DNA of 64,000 nt from contig NC_068986.1 of NCBI RefSeq assembly GCF_001194135.2, positions 110,718,347-110,782,346 of the forward strand. Reading direction: 5' to 3'. Positions within the stretch are counted from its first letter, which is position 1. Every line of letters starts with the position of its first letter. The translations under genes were made by a program, and so were the position numbers. Below the pieces are notes generated by a model, which was not told the DNA's origin, ran no database searches, and saw nothing but the letters and a program-made list of their open reading frames with translations. The DNA comes from Octopus bimaculoides. Its lineage: Eukaryota. Of this stretch, positions 51,602 to 64,000 are shown one piece after another.

Positions 51602-54600
51602 TATATATATGTATATATATGTATACATATATATGTATACACGTCTATCTGTCTCTCTATCTATCTACACATTCTCTCTCTCTCTCACACACAGACACAC
51701 GTATATATCTTAGTAACACAGGGGGTACATGTTAAAATTATCTTAGCGAAATATATACTTATTGAGATTGTACAAATGTACAAGCAGAATATTAGTGGCG
51801 GATGCAATGACTTCTGTCTATGAGAAGACAAAGAGATAAATGATCTTCGAATAGAGCAGGAAATGTAAATTCTTCAGTGATTCTTTATTTCAGCAACTGT
51901 AGTTCATTTCAAAGCTGTTACTTATTGTTCGTAGTGTGATAATACCCACTTTGATCTGCTGAAATCTGTGTTTATCACCGCTCTTTTATCAACACTTGAA
52001 ATTCAGTAGACGTCGAAATGTACTCCTTGCATTTAGTAAGTCCTCATTAACAGTTCGGTAAAATGTCGCTGACGAACAGCACACATAGGAATATGCCAGC
52101 GGACAACATGCATCAAAGCACCAGTATTCGCTTCGTTATTGTAAGTTGCGTTCTACAGACACGTTATTGAATGCACCATGTTTTTTTACTCTACCCGTTG
52201 AGAAAGTTTTCAATCACGTGTGTGCTGTGACGATTTTCTATGAGTCTCTTCTAATGAAAAAGCTATCTTCTTTTCTAACTTGTCGTTCTTTATCGTTACA
52301 GCATTGCTAGAGCCACTAGAATATCTGAATACGTTGCTTTTATTGAATTCATCACATGTTACTACTAAGGGCAACTTTCGCATCCCGTTTCACGAGTCCG
52401 TTAATACGTTCTATATTATTTACAATTGCCAAGGAACATACCATCCGTTTCCGTTACCCAATTCCTAGACCTCCACCCGGGTTTAATTTAACTGCGCACG
52501 AAACATCTGATATCCAAATTGCCAACAAGTCTACAGAAGAAACTTTGTGCTAAAGAGTAAACAGAATGAGTAAAATGTGAAGTGCGAAAACGAAGAAGCA
52601 TCCATCAAGGAAATTGTTGTTTCGTAAAACTTCGCTTGCGACATCAAAACTCTTTTTTAAAACCTCGAAGCGCTCGAGGAACTAAAGAAAATATGTAATT
52701 AAATCAATAATTTCTATTAGGTGAAATAATTCGTTCGATAATTCTCGATGACATTGTTCTTTAAATCAAAGACAATTTTGTTGTTAATTATAATGCTAAT
52801 GTTATTGAAAGCAGTTTGTTTCTTCCACATTTCCTAATACTTATCCTTCTGTCTCCACTATCCATTCAGGAAAATAGGAGGGTCACGCAGAGGTTTTAAC
52901 AATTGCAATATAATACAGATAATAAATTAAGTTACTATTTTCTCTCCATATTTATCTTTGTGCCAGATATTATGCCAACGGAATTATTCTCATCGTTAGA
53001 ATCTAAAAATAATGAAGGAAACATTGCTGTAATGTTATTTAAACAAGCAGAATGATATAACGAGAAAGAAATGTGCAAGTCCTTAAATCAAAATAACAAG
53101 ACAAAGATTCCACTTACAATGAGTGGGATCAGAAGTGAATATTTAGAAGCTAGAAAGCTCACCCCAACTGCACATATCACTGCAGCGCTTTACTAAATCT
53201 CGTGACATAACAATGAAGTGATTCAACCATATGATTGAAATATTAAAAAATCAAAAGTAACCCTTTACTCACGTAGATGATATATAAAGATCAATATTTA
53301 AAGAAAGAAATATGAAGAAAAAGAAAACATATCAAAGAAATAAACTTAATATAGTGAACAATTTAATAGAAATCACGTTAACATTAAGCAAGGGAGTTAA
53401 CACTGCCAAAGACAAGTAGAATGGCTGGATGGGGATGAAATTAGTCGATTACATCAACCTGTTTTTTTGTTGTTTTTATGGAACGCGACACGATGGGAGA
53501 CAATGAAGGTCTCCACGAGATTTGAATTCAGTAAACAGACGGGTGAAATACTGCAACGCTTTTTGACTGCCGCGCTGATCCCTCTGGCAGATCTCGCACC
53601 TTAAGTGATTCATAAATTAGACACAGGTAAGCAGCATTGAGGAGAACACGTTTGACGAGAACATCGAATTCACTTCTTCACTCATCTTTCATTTTTTCAT
53701 TACCGGACAAGTGTGCGGCAAAGCTAACCTTAGCGGGATTTGATCATAGAAGTTAAAAACCTGGAAGAAATACCGCATCTCTAACGATTCATTTCGCAAT
53801 AATAATTATCGTATATTAATGATCATTAATTATTATCCTAGCACTCTCATAAAATATTTGTTCACCTTTGGCATTTCCATCTATATTTTCCTTTATCTAA
53901 TTCTTCTTTTTTTTTTTAGAAAGGAATCTATTGATGTATTTTTCAAACACAAATAAAAAACAAATGTAATAAGAATGATTTGTAAATATTTTACGGCATT
54001 CTCACTTGTCAGTTGCTATCTTTATTCATTTTTACACATTTCTAAGATAGTCAATAATAATAATAATAATAATAACAACAATAATAATAATAACAATAAT
54101 TGTGTGTGTGTTTGTGTATATGTAAGGAAATGTTGGATGTATTTCTGAAATCACGAAAAAATTTGCAGTAATAATAATAATAAGGAAATTAATTTATACT
54201 TCAACTTATTAAAATATTTAATCTGTTCTTTGATGTCAATTATTTTATTGGAATGTTTGCACTGTTTTTCTCACCCGGTTATAATATATATTTATATGTA
54301 GTTCCAATGTTAATTGCAGGTTTTAATTCATTAGTTTAATGTTAATACTAAAATGTTTCCTTTCGAATTTAATTAAAAAAAGAAAAAAGAAACGAAAAAA
54401 CAGTTTGTTTTAATATTGATTTCACTGCCGTTGTTGCTTCTGCTGATAATAATGTTACTGTTTGCGCTCTTTTAATTTATTATTATATTTTGTTAGTTGT
54501 AAATAATAATTTTTTTAATTATTTAATTAGTCATATTTGTTTTACGGTAATGTTTATTTCTAATTTTCTCCTTCTAGATCCTCTTTCGTTTCTGTTTCTC

Positions 54601-55169
54601 TCATTATTTTATTATTTCCGCTATTAATTTATACTTCTTGATGTAATTGTGGAGCAAGAGTTCTTATTAATAGCAATAATATTATTTTTTCAATTTTAAT
54701 CATCATAATTACCATCAAAAGTTCAGTGCATGATAAAATTCTATGCACTGTAATTAATTCGTATTTAAAAAAAAAATTTCAGTTCAAATCCTGCTGGAGT
54801 CGTTTTTGACTTTTAAAACTTCAAAGTCATCAAAATAGGTACCAGTAATTTATTGGATTGTTTTTATGCAATTGACTTCAACCATTTTTTTTAACGCTCA
54901 CAATAATTTCTATAAGTAGTCTATCGAAATTGTAGAGCGTATGAATATTTACCGATGTATAGAAGTCCATAATTTGGGGTTCAAAACCTATTAAAATCGA
55001 CTTCACATTTCATCGACTTGCATCAATATATGTACCAATCATAAACAATCCCAATCTTGCATGAATTTTCTGTCCATGTGTTTAATTTTGAAAATATATT
55101 TATCAGCAAATGCGTGGGATCATTAATAATGCATCAAAATGTTGACACACGGCCATCATTGCTGGGGCA

Positions 55170-55340
55170 AATAGGACGTTGGTTAAATTGACCCCACTAA
55201 TACCTGTATTATTGACCCTGAAAGGAGGATAAAAGGCAAAAATTGACATCGGTGGTATTTGAACTCGGAAGTCAATGCCGGAATAAGCGACACTAAGAAA
55301 TTTTCCGCTTGTTAACTATTCCTCCAGATCGTTGCCTTCG
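55170..55340 (-). mobile_element. Degenerate SINE family B copy
   Basis: ATTGACCCTGAAAGGAGGATAAAAGGCAAAAATTGACATCGGTGGTATTTGAACTC. Confidence 0.65.
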
Positions 55341-55671
55341 TAAAATCTGTAAACTAGTTGTGTAAAATTAGTTAGTTTTATAATTATTTACGTTACTGTT
55401 TGTTTTCAAATGCCATCGAATCCAGTTTCGCCTCTTATCTTTCCCATAGCCATAAACGAAGAATAAGTGGGTTTGAGGGCATGAAATGATATCCATTGCA
55501 GCAAAGCTAAGTGCTTTGGTTAAATACTTTAATTATAAATGTTAATAAGCAAACAAATGTTGTAGCAAGGAATGTGCAGTTGAGTATAGGAATTTAAGAT
55601 TATCTGAATGAAGTCATTCAGTTTCTATAATGATATCAATTGAAACATAAGTGACATTTTACCGTTGGAAT

Positions 55672-55921
55672 ATATATAGATAAACGAGGTCGATAAAGTA
55701 CCAGTTGCGTACTGGGGTTGATCTAATCGACTGACCCTCTCCCTTCCCAAAAAATTCGGGTCTTGTGCCTAGAGTAGAAAAGGAATATATATAGATAAAC
55801 GGGGTCGATAAATTAAGTAGCAGTTGCGTACTGGGGTCGATTTAATCGACTGACCCCCACCCCCAAAAAAAATTTTCGGGACTTATGCCGAGATTAGAAA
55901 AGAAATATATTTAGATAAATT
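55672..55921 (+). repeat. Tandem duplication (about 117 bp) of a SINE family B 3' half plus flank
   Basis: ATATATAGATAAACG.GGTCGATAAA...GCGTACTGGGGT.GAT.TAATCGACTGACCC...TTCGGG.CTT.TGCC.AGA.TAGAAAAG occurs twice, with a third partial start at about 55906. Confidence 0.85.
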
Positions 55922-56189
55922 CTTAATGTTCAGTATTTCATACAGTTGCACATTATCGAAACCGTTCATACTAATAAAGGTCGGGTCACTTATATAACGA
56001 CAGAGGTCCATTGATATTTTATTGGATAACTAAATAACACTTGTGTCTTATATTTGGGGAATACAAGAAAGGTTGATACACGTCTAACAGCGAAGTGTTG
56101 TTGCTTAAACGCAGGTCAAATTTGATCGGTGAGAGATATTAATAGAATTTTGTAGACATGCAGAATGATAGTTTTCAATGTCTCGTTTA

Positions 56190-57365
56190 TGATTTTTAGT
56201 AAGGTCCGCTGTTAGTTTGGTACTACGTGGGGACCATATATGAAAGCAATAGCTGAGGAGGTTGAGAACAAAGGCTCTCCACAGGGTCAACATATTTTCT
56301 TGGCTCCCTTGTCTTGAAGGATCTCAGTATCCATCCTGCCAGTTGTCTGCAATTTGCTGCCACCTTGGTAACGTGCACATAAAATGATGCGTCATTTCAC
56401 GTACTGATGCCCAAGTCTTTCACTGCTTGTGCCTTTGAGTCCTGTATATTGCAGGCTGAGTGCATCAGTGGGTTTATAGTGCAGTGCTTGAAATGTTCCA
56501 GGATTAAACTGCATGCTGTTTATTTCGGCACACTTCTATATCCTATTCAGACCCCGCTGCAAGCTTGTGACGTCATCTTAGTTTTTTTTATTACCTGTGA
56601 TAATTTTGTATCATCGCCATACCTAGTGACAGTGGCTGTCCAAGTTGAGTGTGGGCATGTCTAAGAGGACTGTTATGAATAGTAATGGCTCCAGAATAGT
56701 TCCCTGTGGGACGCCACCTAGGATTTATGTTTCCTCAGAGACGGCACCATTGGCTGCAACTCCTTGACATCTCTCTTTAAAGAATTCATGCATCCACTCT
56801 CCGAGTTTCCCAGCAATGCCAAGGTTTCGTAGCTTATGACTTACCAAGCCATGACTTACCCTATCAAATGCTTTTACGAAGTCAAAGTATATCACACTGA
56901 CACGTGAATGGTCAGGCAGCTCTTTCAAAACCCAGTCGTAGTGCTCAGAGTTCTATGAGGCAGTTTTTTTCCTGGACGGAAGCCATGCTTTGTATTGTTC
57001 AGTGTGTCATTTTATTCTAGAAACATTATCAACTTCTTTCTGATGATTCGCTCCATGACTTTACTTGTATGCGAAGGCAAAGAGATTGACCTGTAGTTTT
57101 TGGCCTCTGCTCTGTTTCCATCTTTGTGGATGGAACATATAATGGTTTCTTTCAAGTTTTTTAAGAAATCTATCTGAAGTAGTTTCGCTAAATTCTGCTT
57201 ATACGAATTTAGGAGAATAGCTGGGAAGCCATCAGGACCAGTTGTGGAGCATGAACTCATTTCATATATGACAACTGTTACATCTGACTTCTCAATATTG
57301 ATGTAATCGATGGCTGGCGCCTCTGTTTTTTAGAGCTGCAATATTAAAGAAATCAGCTGGATTTT
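56190..57365 (-). mobile_element. CR1-type LINE reverse transcriptase remnant
   Basis: GPDGFPAILL...HKDGNRAEAKNYRSISLPSHTSKVMERII...IYFDFVKAFDRVSHG...GVPQGTILEPLLF...LTLWRAFVL...IWSP. Confidence 0.9.
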
Positions 57366-57528
57366 ATAGCTGCATGTCTCGAAGGGAGGAAATGTTACAT
57401 ATGAAATATGCATACACGGGTAAACACATAACTACAAAACATGGTGTGGGAAAAATTGTACCCGAATAACGGAGATAGTGTAATATGCTTTTTCTTTATT
57501 ATTAAAATAATAATAAAACAGTATATGT

Positions 57529-57888
57529 ATAAAGTGAAGTATATTGCCACTTAAATGTGGCTGACCCCTAGGGGTGGATGTTACTGTTGCTTTTATCCCC
57601 AGGAGGACATCTCCTCCAGCTGGCTTATCGACACACTTCTGTGTCCTGTTTGCTTTGCCAAGGGAAGTTATCCCGCTCATCGTGATCTGTAGCACGAACG
57701 GACCCGGGTTTCAGGGTTATTTCCCTTCGTCAGCGTCCGATAGCCACCGATCTGCGATGAGAAGGATATTTTTTGGCAACCTTATGTATCTTTTTCCAGT
57801 GAAATTATTCACTGATATCGAAAAAGGGAAAACAAGCAATGTTAATTCTCTAAATGAGTTATTAACAGTAACTGCACGATAAAGTGAA

Positions 57889-57894
<6 letters not shown>
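57529..57894 (-). mobile_element. 350-bp hammerhead-containing retroelement unit (Penelope pLTR- or retrozyme-like) bounded by a 16-bp direct repeat
   Basis: ATAAAGTGAAGTATAT occurs at 57529-57544 and 57879-57894. The unit contains the hammerhead motif and several hairpins. Confidence 0.55.
57696..57738 (-). ncRNA. Minimal type I hammerhead ribozyme
   Basis: Minus strand reads GGACG-CUGACGA-AGGG(AAAUAA)CCCU-GAA-ACCCGGGU-C-CGUUC. Stem I has 5 bp (one G-U), stem II has 4 bp, stem III is palindromic, and the cleavage triplet is GUC. Confidence 0.75.
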
Positions 57895-57952
<58 letters not shown>

Positions 57953-59185
57953 GCACACGTATTTGTATATATTGGGACTTTTATGTTTCGTGCGAGTATT
58001 CGGGCGAGGACTACATTTTCCGTAGGCGCCTGTAGAAGGCTCCTTTGACAAGGTATTTGTCATTCCCAAGCTATGACTTAATTTTTTCCAAAATGCTGCT
58101 GTTCACTCGAACCTTTGTCCTCGTAGTTTCATAGCAAACTCTTCGACCATAACAAACCTACAACCAACTATAGAAGACATTAATTACACCAGAACTCTGA
58201 TATTCATACACGCGATGCTTCTATTCAAAACATAATATGCAACGTCTTCTTCTTTATTTTACGCGTTCGTCCTAATGTTGCAAAGAATATCTTAGGTACC
58301 ATACATTAGAAATTCTTTATAGATTTTAGTCATAATACTTTCAATTCAAATACCGTAACAAATGAATTTCAGTTGCACTAACAACTCCATGATTTATACT
58401 TAAACTTCGAACATGCAAATATGTCTCTCGATGTATATAATTGCAACAACACGTTATGTACTGAGCGCTATCCTTCTATGTAGCATATTATTTTATTAAA
58501 CTACGTTTTCTGATGCAGATGACGAAGAAGCTTAAAGTTATATTCGACTTAATGAATTCATTAAAAACAAAGTAACACGCAGCATATGTACGCATTCACT
58601 CACCCCCCCCCCCCNNNNNNNNNNNNNNNNNNNNNNNNNNNNNNAAATACGCTTTATTACTGGATTGCTCACACAGAAACGCATATGCATGATACACACA
58701 TACACACACACACACACACAAAAAGCATATATAACAGGAAAAGATCGCTTATTCTCTAATTCCTGCACCGCTCTACAATATTTTTTATAGAAAAACTGAT
58801 AATTTCTCTTCGCAAATTGTAAAATACTATTTTCAATCTTTTGCATTCTTGAAGAAAAGGCCTCAACTAGTTAGGCTCTGTAGACAGAGCCACCAATGAG
58901 TCTTAAAAATTGTCTGTATGTAACAAGTTCGGAAGGTGTTCCTCACATAAGGAAGTTGACATAATTTAACTAAGAATCTAACATTGCATAAAAATTATAC
59001 CCTGATCAGTAAGATTTTGCATATGATTTTCAAGAAACGAAGATTAGTACACGTGAATTATTGTCACGTGACACTGCGCATTTGCCATGAATAACTGAAG
59101 AGAACGCACATTTTCTGACTGACTTTTCTACATAACAATTGTAATGGTGAAACGTAAAGCTATGATTCAAGAAGTATGTTCCTCA

Positions 59186-59331
59186 AATCTATCTGTATAT
59201 CTATCTATATATCTATCTGTATATCTATCTGTATATCTATCTGTATATCTATCTGTATATCTGTCTGTCTATCTGTCTGTCTATCTGTCTGTCTATCTGT
59301 CTGTCTATCTGTCTGTCTATCTGTCTGTCTA

Positions 59332-59374
<43 letters not shown>

Positions 59375-59452
59375 GTCTGTCTGTCTATCTGTCTGTCTAT
59401 CTGTCTGTCTATCTGTCTGTCTATCTATCTATCTATCTATATGTCTGTCTGG
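59186..59452. repeat. (ATCTAT/ATCTGT/GTCT)n compound microsatellite
   Basis: Direct inspection. Confidence 0.95.
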
Positions 59453-59484
59453 CTATTTATTTCCCACTCTCACGCTCTCTGTGT

Positions 59485-59527
<43 letters not shown>

Positions 59528-59752
59528 GTATATATATATTCACATACATATATATGATAACACACGCACGCAGTGTATACACACATACACATTCCCTCTG
59601 TATAAAAGGTATCGCCAAAATATATAATTAATAGGAAAGAAGAATTGTCGAGGGAATGAGAGTGGATATTCTCCGAACAATATATTAAGAGATAAATGAG
59701 CATCTCTAGGATCACAGGAAGGGATGAGCAACTTAGAGAGTGGTCTAAATGC

Positions 59753-59805
<53 letters not shown>

Positions 59806-61134
59806 AAAAAAAGAGCTACGAAAATATTACTCATTTCTAGATAATAGAATATTTAGAGATGGTCGAGATTAGAGATGTTATTAGAAAGTTGATTATAAAT
59901 AGTACGAGTAAATGGAAAATATGATGGAGTTATAATCGTGAAGATACAAAGAGGGTCGAGATGAATAGAAAATTCAGTTAAGGGAATAGATTGTTCGTTT
60001 TGCTTTTTGTGATAACAATGATACACTTAACATTGCCTCTAATAATAGTAAAAGAGGGAACTATTATTAAATATAGGCAACATGAAATAAGATTCTATTT
60101 CTGAATGACTTTAAAACGCTCTCAGATTGGAGATAAAATAGAATTATTAATTCAAGTTTTGATCCTTTTATTTGTTCCTCTTCCAGTTTTCTGTAGCAGC
60201 TAAATCTTTCTTAAATCGGGTCTTTTTATGTTCGAAAATGAAGGACGTTTTGTATGGTACAACCAGATATTTAGATCAGGGCTGATTTGGAGCAAAATGA
60301 CAAGTGAAACAAGAATCCTTAGACTTAGAGATATTGTTATGTGGTAAGCAGGCTACAAAGTCGGTTAAGTTTTAATAAAATCATTTCGTATACGTCGTAC
60401 GATGTATGAAATTCATAAGAATGGATTTCAGTATATTACTGCTGGTCAAAACTAATCATTCCATTATAGCACCACAATACGAAATAAAACGCAGTTAGAC
60501 ATCATAGATGCTTAAAGCTATAGTCAACATGGACATTCCACCAATGGCTAACTGGATCTTGCCCCAGCAGTAGATCAAAATTGTGAAAGTGAGATAATTG
60601 CAGCATTCAATCATCTCTTAGTTAATAAATAACACAGTCCAGCTAAACAATATTAAAATCTAGACAGCTGCCATTTAACGATTACTGCTTATCACAACAA
60701 GTTAGTTTAAACAATAAGGACACTCAGCAGACTTTCATGTTCGTACAAACTCGCTCATTTTGATATAATAATGTTATATATATATATTTCTTATTGTATC
60801 ATTTCTATATCTAAACGAAATCAACCCCGACATGATTTGAACTTAGAACGTACGATTACCCAACTACATACATAACAGATTTTCTTCGATTCCCGACTGA
60901 CTGTGCAAACGCATGCACTTGATATATCGAATTCTGACGTAGCCGGCAGGCCTTTTTTTTTTTGCATATAAAATTAAAAACGATAGTGGACACGATCGGC
61001 TATAATTATTAGGTTAGACACAAAAAGATCAGAAAAGTGTGAATTCATTGAAACAAAGAATGTCACTTGTCTCAGCTAAGAAAAATTATATCTCCTTTTC
61101 ACTATATGAGCGATAAGTGAAATAAAAACGCTTA

Positions 61135-61330
61135 CAATTGTTTGTCCCCCCAGCATCGCTTGACAACCGATGCTGGTGTGTTAACGTCCCTGAAACTTAG
61201 CGGTTCGGCAAAAGACACCGATAGAATAAGTACTAGGCTTACAAAGAATAAGTCCGATTTGCTTGACTAAAGACGGTGCTCCAGCATGGCCACAGTCAAT
61301 TGACTGAAACAAGTAAAAGAGTAAAGAGCA
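61135..61330 (+). mobile_element. SINE family A 3' half
   Basis: TTGTCCCCCCAGCATCGCTTGACAACCGATGCTGG...GGTGCTCCAGCATGGCCACAGTCAATTGACTGAAACAAGTAAAAGA; the reverse complement of the 945-1130 segment. Confidence 0.85.
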
Positions 61331-61534
61331 ATTATAATTATATTTATACACTGACATCATTTCGCTGAAATATATAAATTGAATCTGAGATTACCCTTTC
61401 CTTAAGAAGTTTCTCTTGAATGAATCTAGAATACTGTACCCGTCCTCCAAATAAGCATAAAGTTTTAGTTACTAAATCATATTTTATGTGTATCTTATAT
61501 ATCACCTCTTATTTAACCAAACTGATGCAGTTTA

Positions 61535-61915
61535 GGGGCAGGCGCGACTGTATGCTAAGAAGCTGGCTTCCAAATCACATGCTTCCACGTTTAGTTCCCC
61601 TGTGTGTAGAAGCATTCTCTACGTTGGGCTGCTCAAAGCCCTGTGAGTGGATTGAAGAAGGAAATTGAGATTGAAAGAATCTTGTCGTGTGTGTGTCTCC
61701 CTTTTCGTCTGCGTTTGTCCAACATCGCATAAAAACCGAATTTGGTATGTCCCCGTAATTTACCGGTTTGGCAAAAGAGACCGCGAAAATAAGTCCCTAG
61801 CTTTAAGAAAATTCACACTGAGATAGATTCATTCCATTACAAATTCTTCATGGGGTTGCCTCAGCATGGCCACAGTGACTGGAACAATTACAGATAAAAA
61901 TTAAAAGATAAAAGA
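61535..61915 (+). mobile_element. Full-length degenerate SINE family A
   Basis: Head (GCTAAGAAGCTGGCTTCC...AAAGCCCTGTGAGTGGATT), GT repeat, and tail (CGGTTTGGCAAAAGAGACCG...CAGCATGGCCACAG). Confidence 0.7.
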
Positions 61916-62933
61916 CTTGACCCAATTTCTAATACTTTTAGATCATTCAAATTTTCAAAAGCTCTGAAATGTCGAGATTCGTCACGCCGTCTTGCATACT
62001 AAGTTCGAATCAAATTAATAATGATCTTGTCGGTCTCGTGGGGCATGTGAATGAACTGGGCACAACCTTCTCGACTCTGAAAAAATTAATAAACGTGAAT
62101 ATTGTTTGAAAACGTGATGGTCCTGGTTGGAATACCGTTGACCAAATTCTGATCAATTATGGCAGATGTAGGTTGAAATGGCAGCCAAAAAGGTAAAAAA
62201 AAGACAACGAAAGAAAGAACAGAAACAGGCAGAAGTAGCAAAAAAAAAATCGAAAAACAAAAACACCAACAAAAATAACAATAACACCACCAATATTATT
62301 TCATGCCTATTTTGCAATTTCAGAGAATTATTTAATGCTTTAGTGCAAGGTTCTAGAATAAAATTGAAACTGATTTCTCTTTTGATGTTGAATAATTTCA
62401 AGGTGGAGCCATTCAGTCGACTGGATCAATTCCCTTTCAGTTGATCATGTTTGAAGTGATATTTCAAATGTGATCGATCACTTGGTAAATATATTCGGCT
62501 TTCCTCAGTGCATCGAGTGTAGGTCAGCCCCAGTGGAGCCAATCAGTTTCTAAGCTAAACTCCCGGGAAAAAAATAATCGATATTATTACAAAATAGTAT
62601 AAAACAAAATGAGAAAAACTAAACATCTGTAAAAAGTTACAAACGAAGAATGTTGCTGCTGGAAAGTGAAATAATTTGAAAGCAAAAGGATAACAATTCT
62701 TGTTTCTAGATACTGGTTAATCCTCGTATAGAATACTGCTTCAATTCACCGGGGGAGAAATGAGTGAGCTTCTACGCTATTACTAGGTATGCTAGAAATA
62801 ACTGCCACATCTCCATTAAATTACACCCCAACTAGTATTAGTTAATTATGTTCGGCGTTCAAATCATATCAATGCTAACTTTAACATTAATGTTACTGAT
62901 GCATTTCTTGGTGACACTTTTCTCGGAGCATGA

Positions 62934-62982
<49 letters not shown>

Positions 62983-63639
62983 CTTTTATATTGCACTGGT
63001 TGTAGCCAGAGTCTGGGGTCAAGGTGTAGCACTGCTTTCCATAGCGTTTGGGTCTCTCTTTCATTCAGTTTTTCGGTTAAATAGTTAGTTGGATGAAGCT
63101 GTTCTTCTTTCTGCCATTTGTCGGGATATTAGCTTGTATACTGCTATATATACAATCGCAAATCTCGGGTTGTTTAGCAGTAAGTAATCCGAACAGCTGT
63201 TAGAGTAGAGAGGGAAGTTCTGTCTACTGAATGCTTTAAGAAAAGATGGGTGAATGTAGCAAGGATGGCACTTGTGAATGACGGAGCCACTTACTGTAAT
63301 GTGTTTTTCTGCATGCCATTATTGGCCAAGGTTACCGTGGTCTTTTCCGTAGGTTTTTTTCCCATGGATAAACCTAATCTGTATCCCCCTTTACACTCTT
63401 CATCATGACATTTCTGTGAAAGAAGATCCCTTTGATGTGTTTTTTTAATCATTTACGATCCCTTTTGATCGAAAATCCATCTCCCCTTTTTTCCTACTTT
63501 CTCCATTCCAAAAAGAAAAGCTCTACTTTGTAACTTGTCCCCTCTGTGTTCAGCCCTGCGTGGCTAATAAAGAAACATATCTGTCTATATATCTATCTGT
63601 CTGTCTGTATATCTATCTATCTCAATCTGTCTCTATCTA

Positions 63640-64000
63640 TCTATCTTTCACAAGTGGAAACACAGTGGATAGTAGGTTCTATATGCCTCGAAATGGAGGA
63701 GGCAAATATATTAGAAATTGCTACTGCAGAGGAGAAAAACTGGGAAGGGGGAAAAAAAGTCGAAGTCCTCCTCCATATCACTGAAGAGGAGTGCCAGAAA
63801 TCCCCACACACATCCAACTGGCAAAGGACCACAAGTTATATGTAGTGGTGGAAGGAAGGCGGCCACGTTGTTATGTATGCGGCAGCGAGGCACACCTCAA
63901 GGACAGTTGCCCAACCGCCGCCAACCAAAAAAAGCAACAAGGGCAACCACCAAAACCCGGAAAAAAACCCTACTACCAACACCACCATCAACAATCAAAA
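63640..64000 (+). mobile_element. Tx1/L1-clade LINE ORF1 fragment with intact CCHC zinc knuckle (runs off the window)
   Basis: QVETQWIVGSICLEMEEANILEI...KNWEG.../IPTHIQLAKDHKLYVVVEGRRPRCYVCGSEAHLKDSCP; CX2CX4HX4C at 63869-63910. Confidence 0.8.

Overview
AT-rich eukaryotic (animal) genomic DNA with six assembly gaps, dense microsatellites and no recognisable intact host gene. The repeat repertoire resembles octopus/cephalopod genomes (inference from memory of the SINE families, not verified). Almost all recognisable coding sequence is decayed transposon: a frameshift-free but nonsense-riddled DD34D mariner (19.0-20.2 kb), a maT/DD37D-like remnant, five Tx1/L1-clade LINE remnants (three with homologous zinc-knuckle ORF1s), two CR1-type pieces, an RTE/Expander piece, an R4/Dong-type 3' end, Penelope-like remnants and many tRNA-derived SINEs. 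Three observations stand out. (1) A decayed intronless reading frame at 14.43-15.52 kb joins a Helitron/Helentron-associated DUF6570-like domain to an OTU cysteine-protease (deubiquitinase-like) domain with catalytic motifs retained, and abuts a LINE ORF1. (2) An apparently intact minimal type I hammerhead ribozyme lies on the minus strand at 57696-57738, inside a 350-bp hairpin-rich unit bounded by a 16-bp direct repeat (retrozyme or Penelope pLTR-like). (3) A second, mutated hammerhead motif at 37.9 kb sits in a fold-back inserted into a 64-bp minisatellite. All family assignments come from manual translation and motif recognition; no database search was run.
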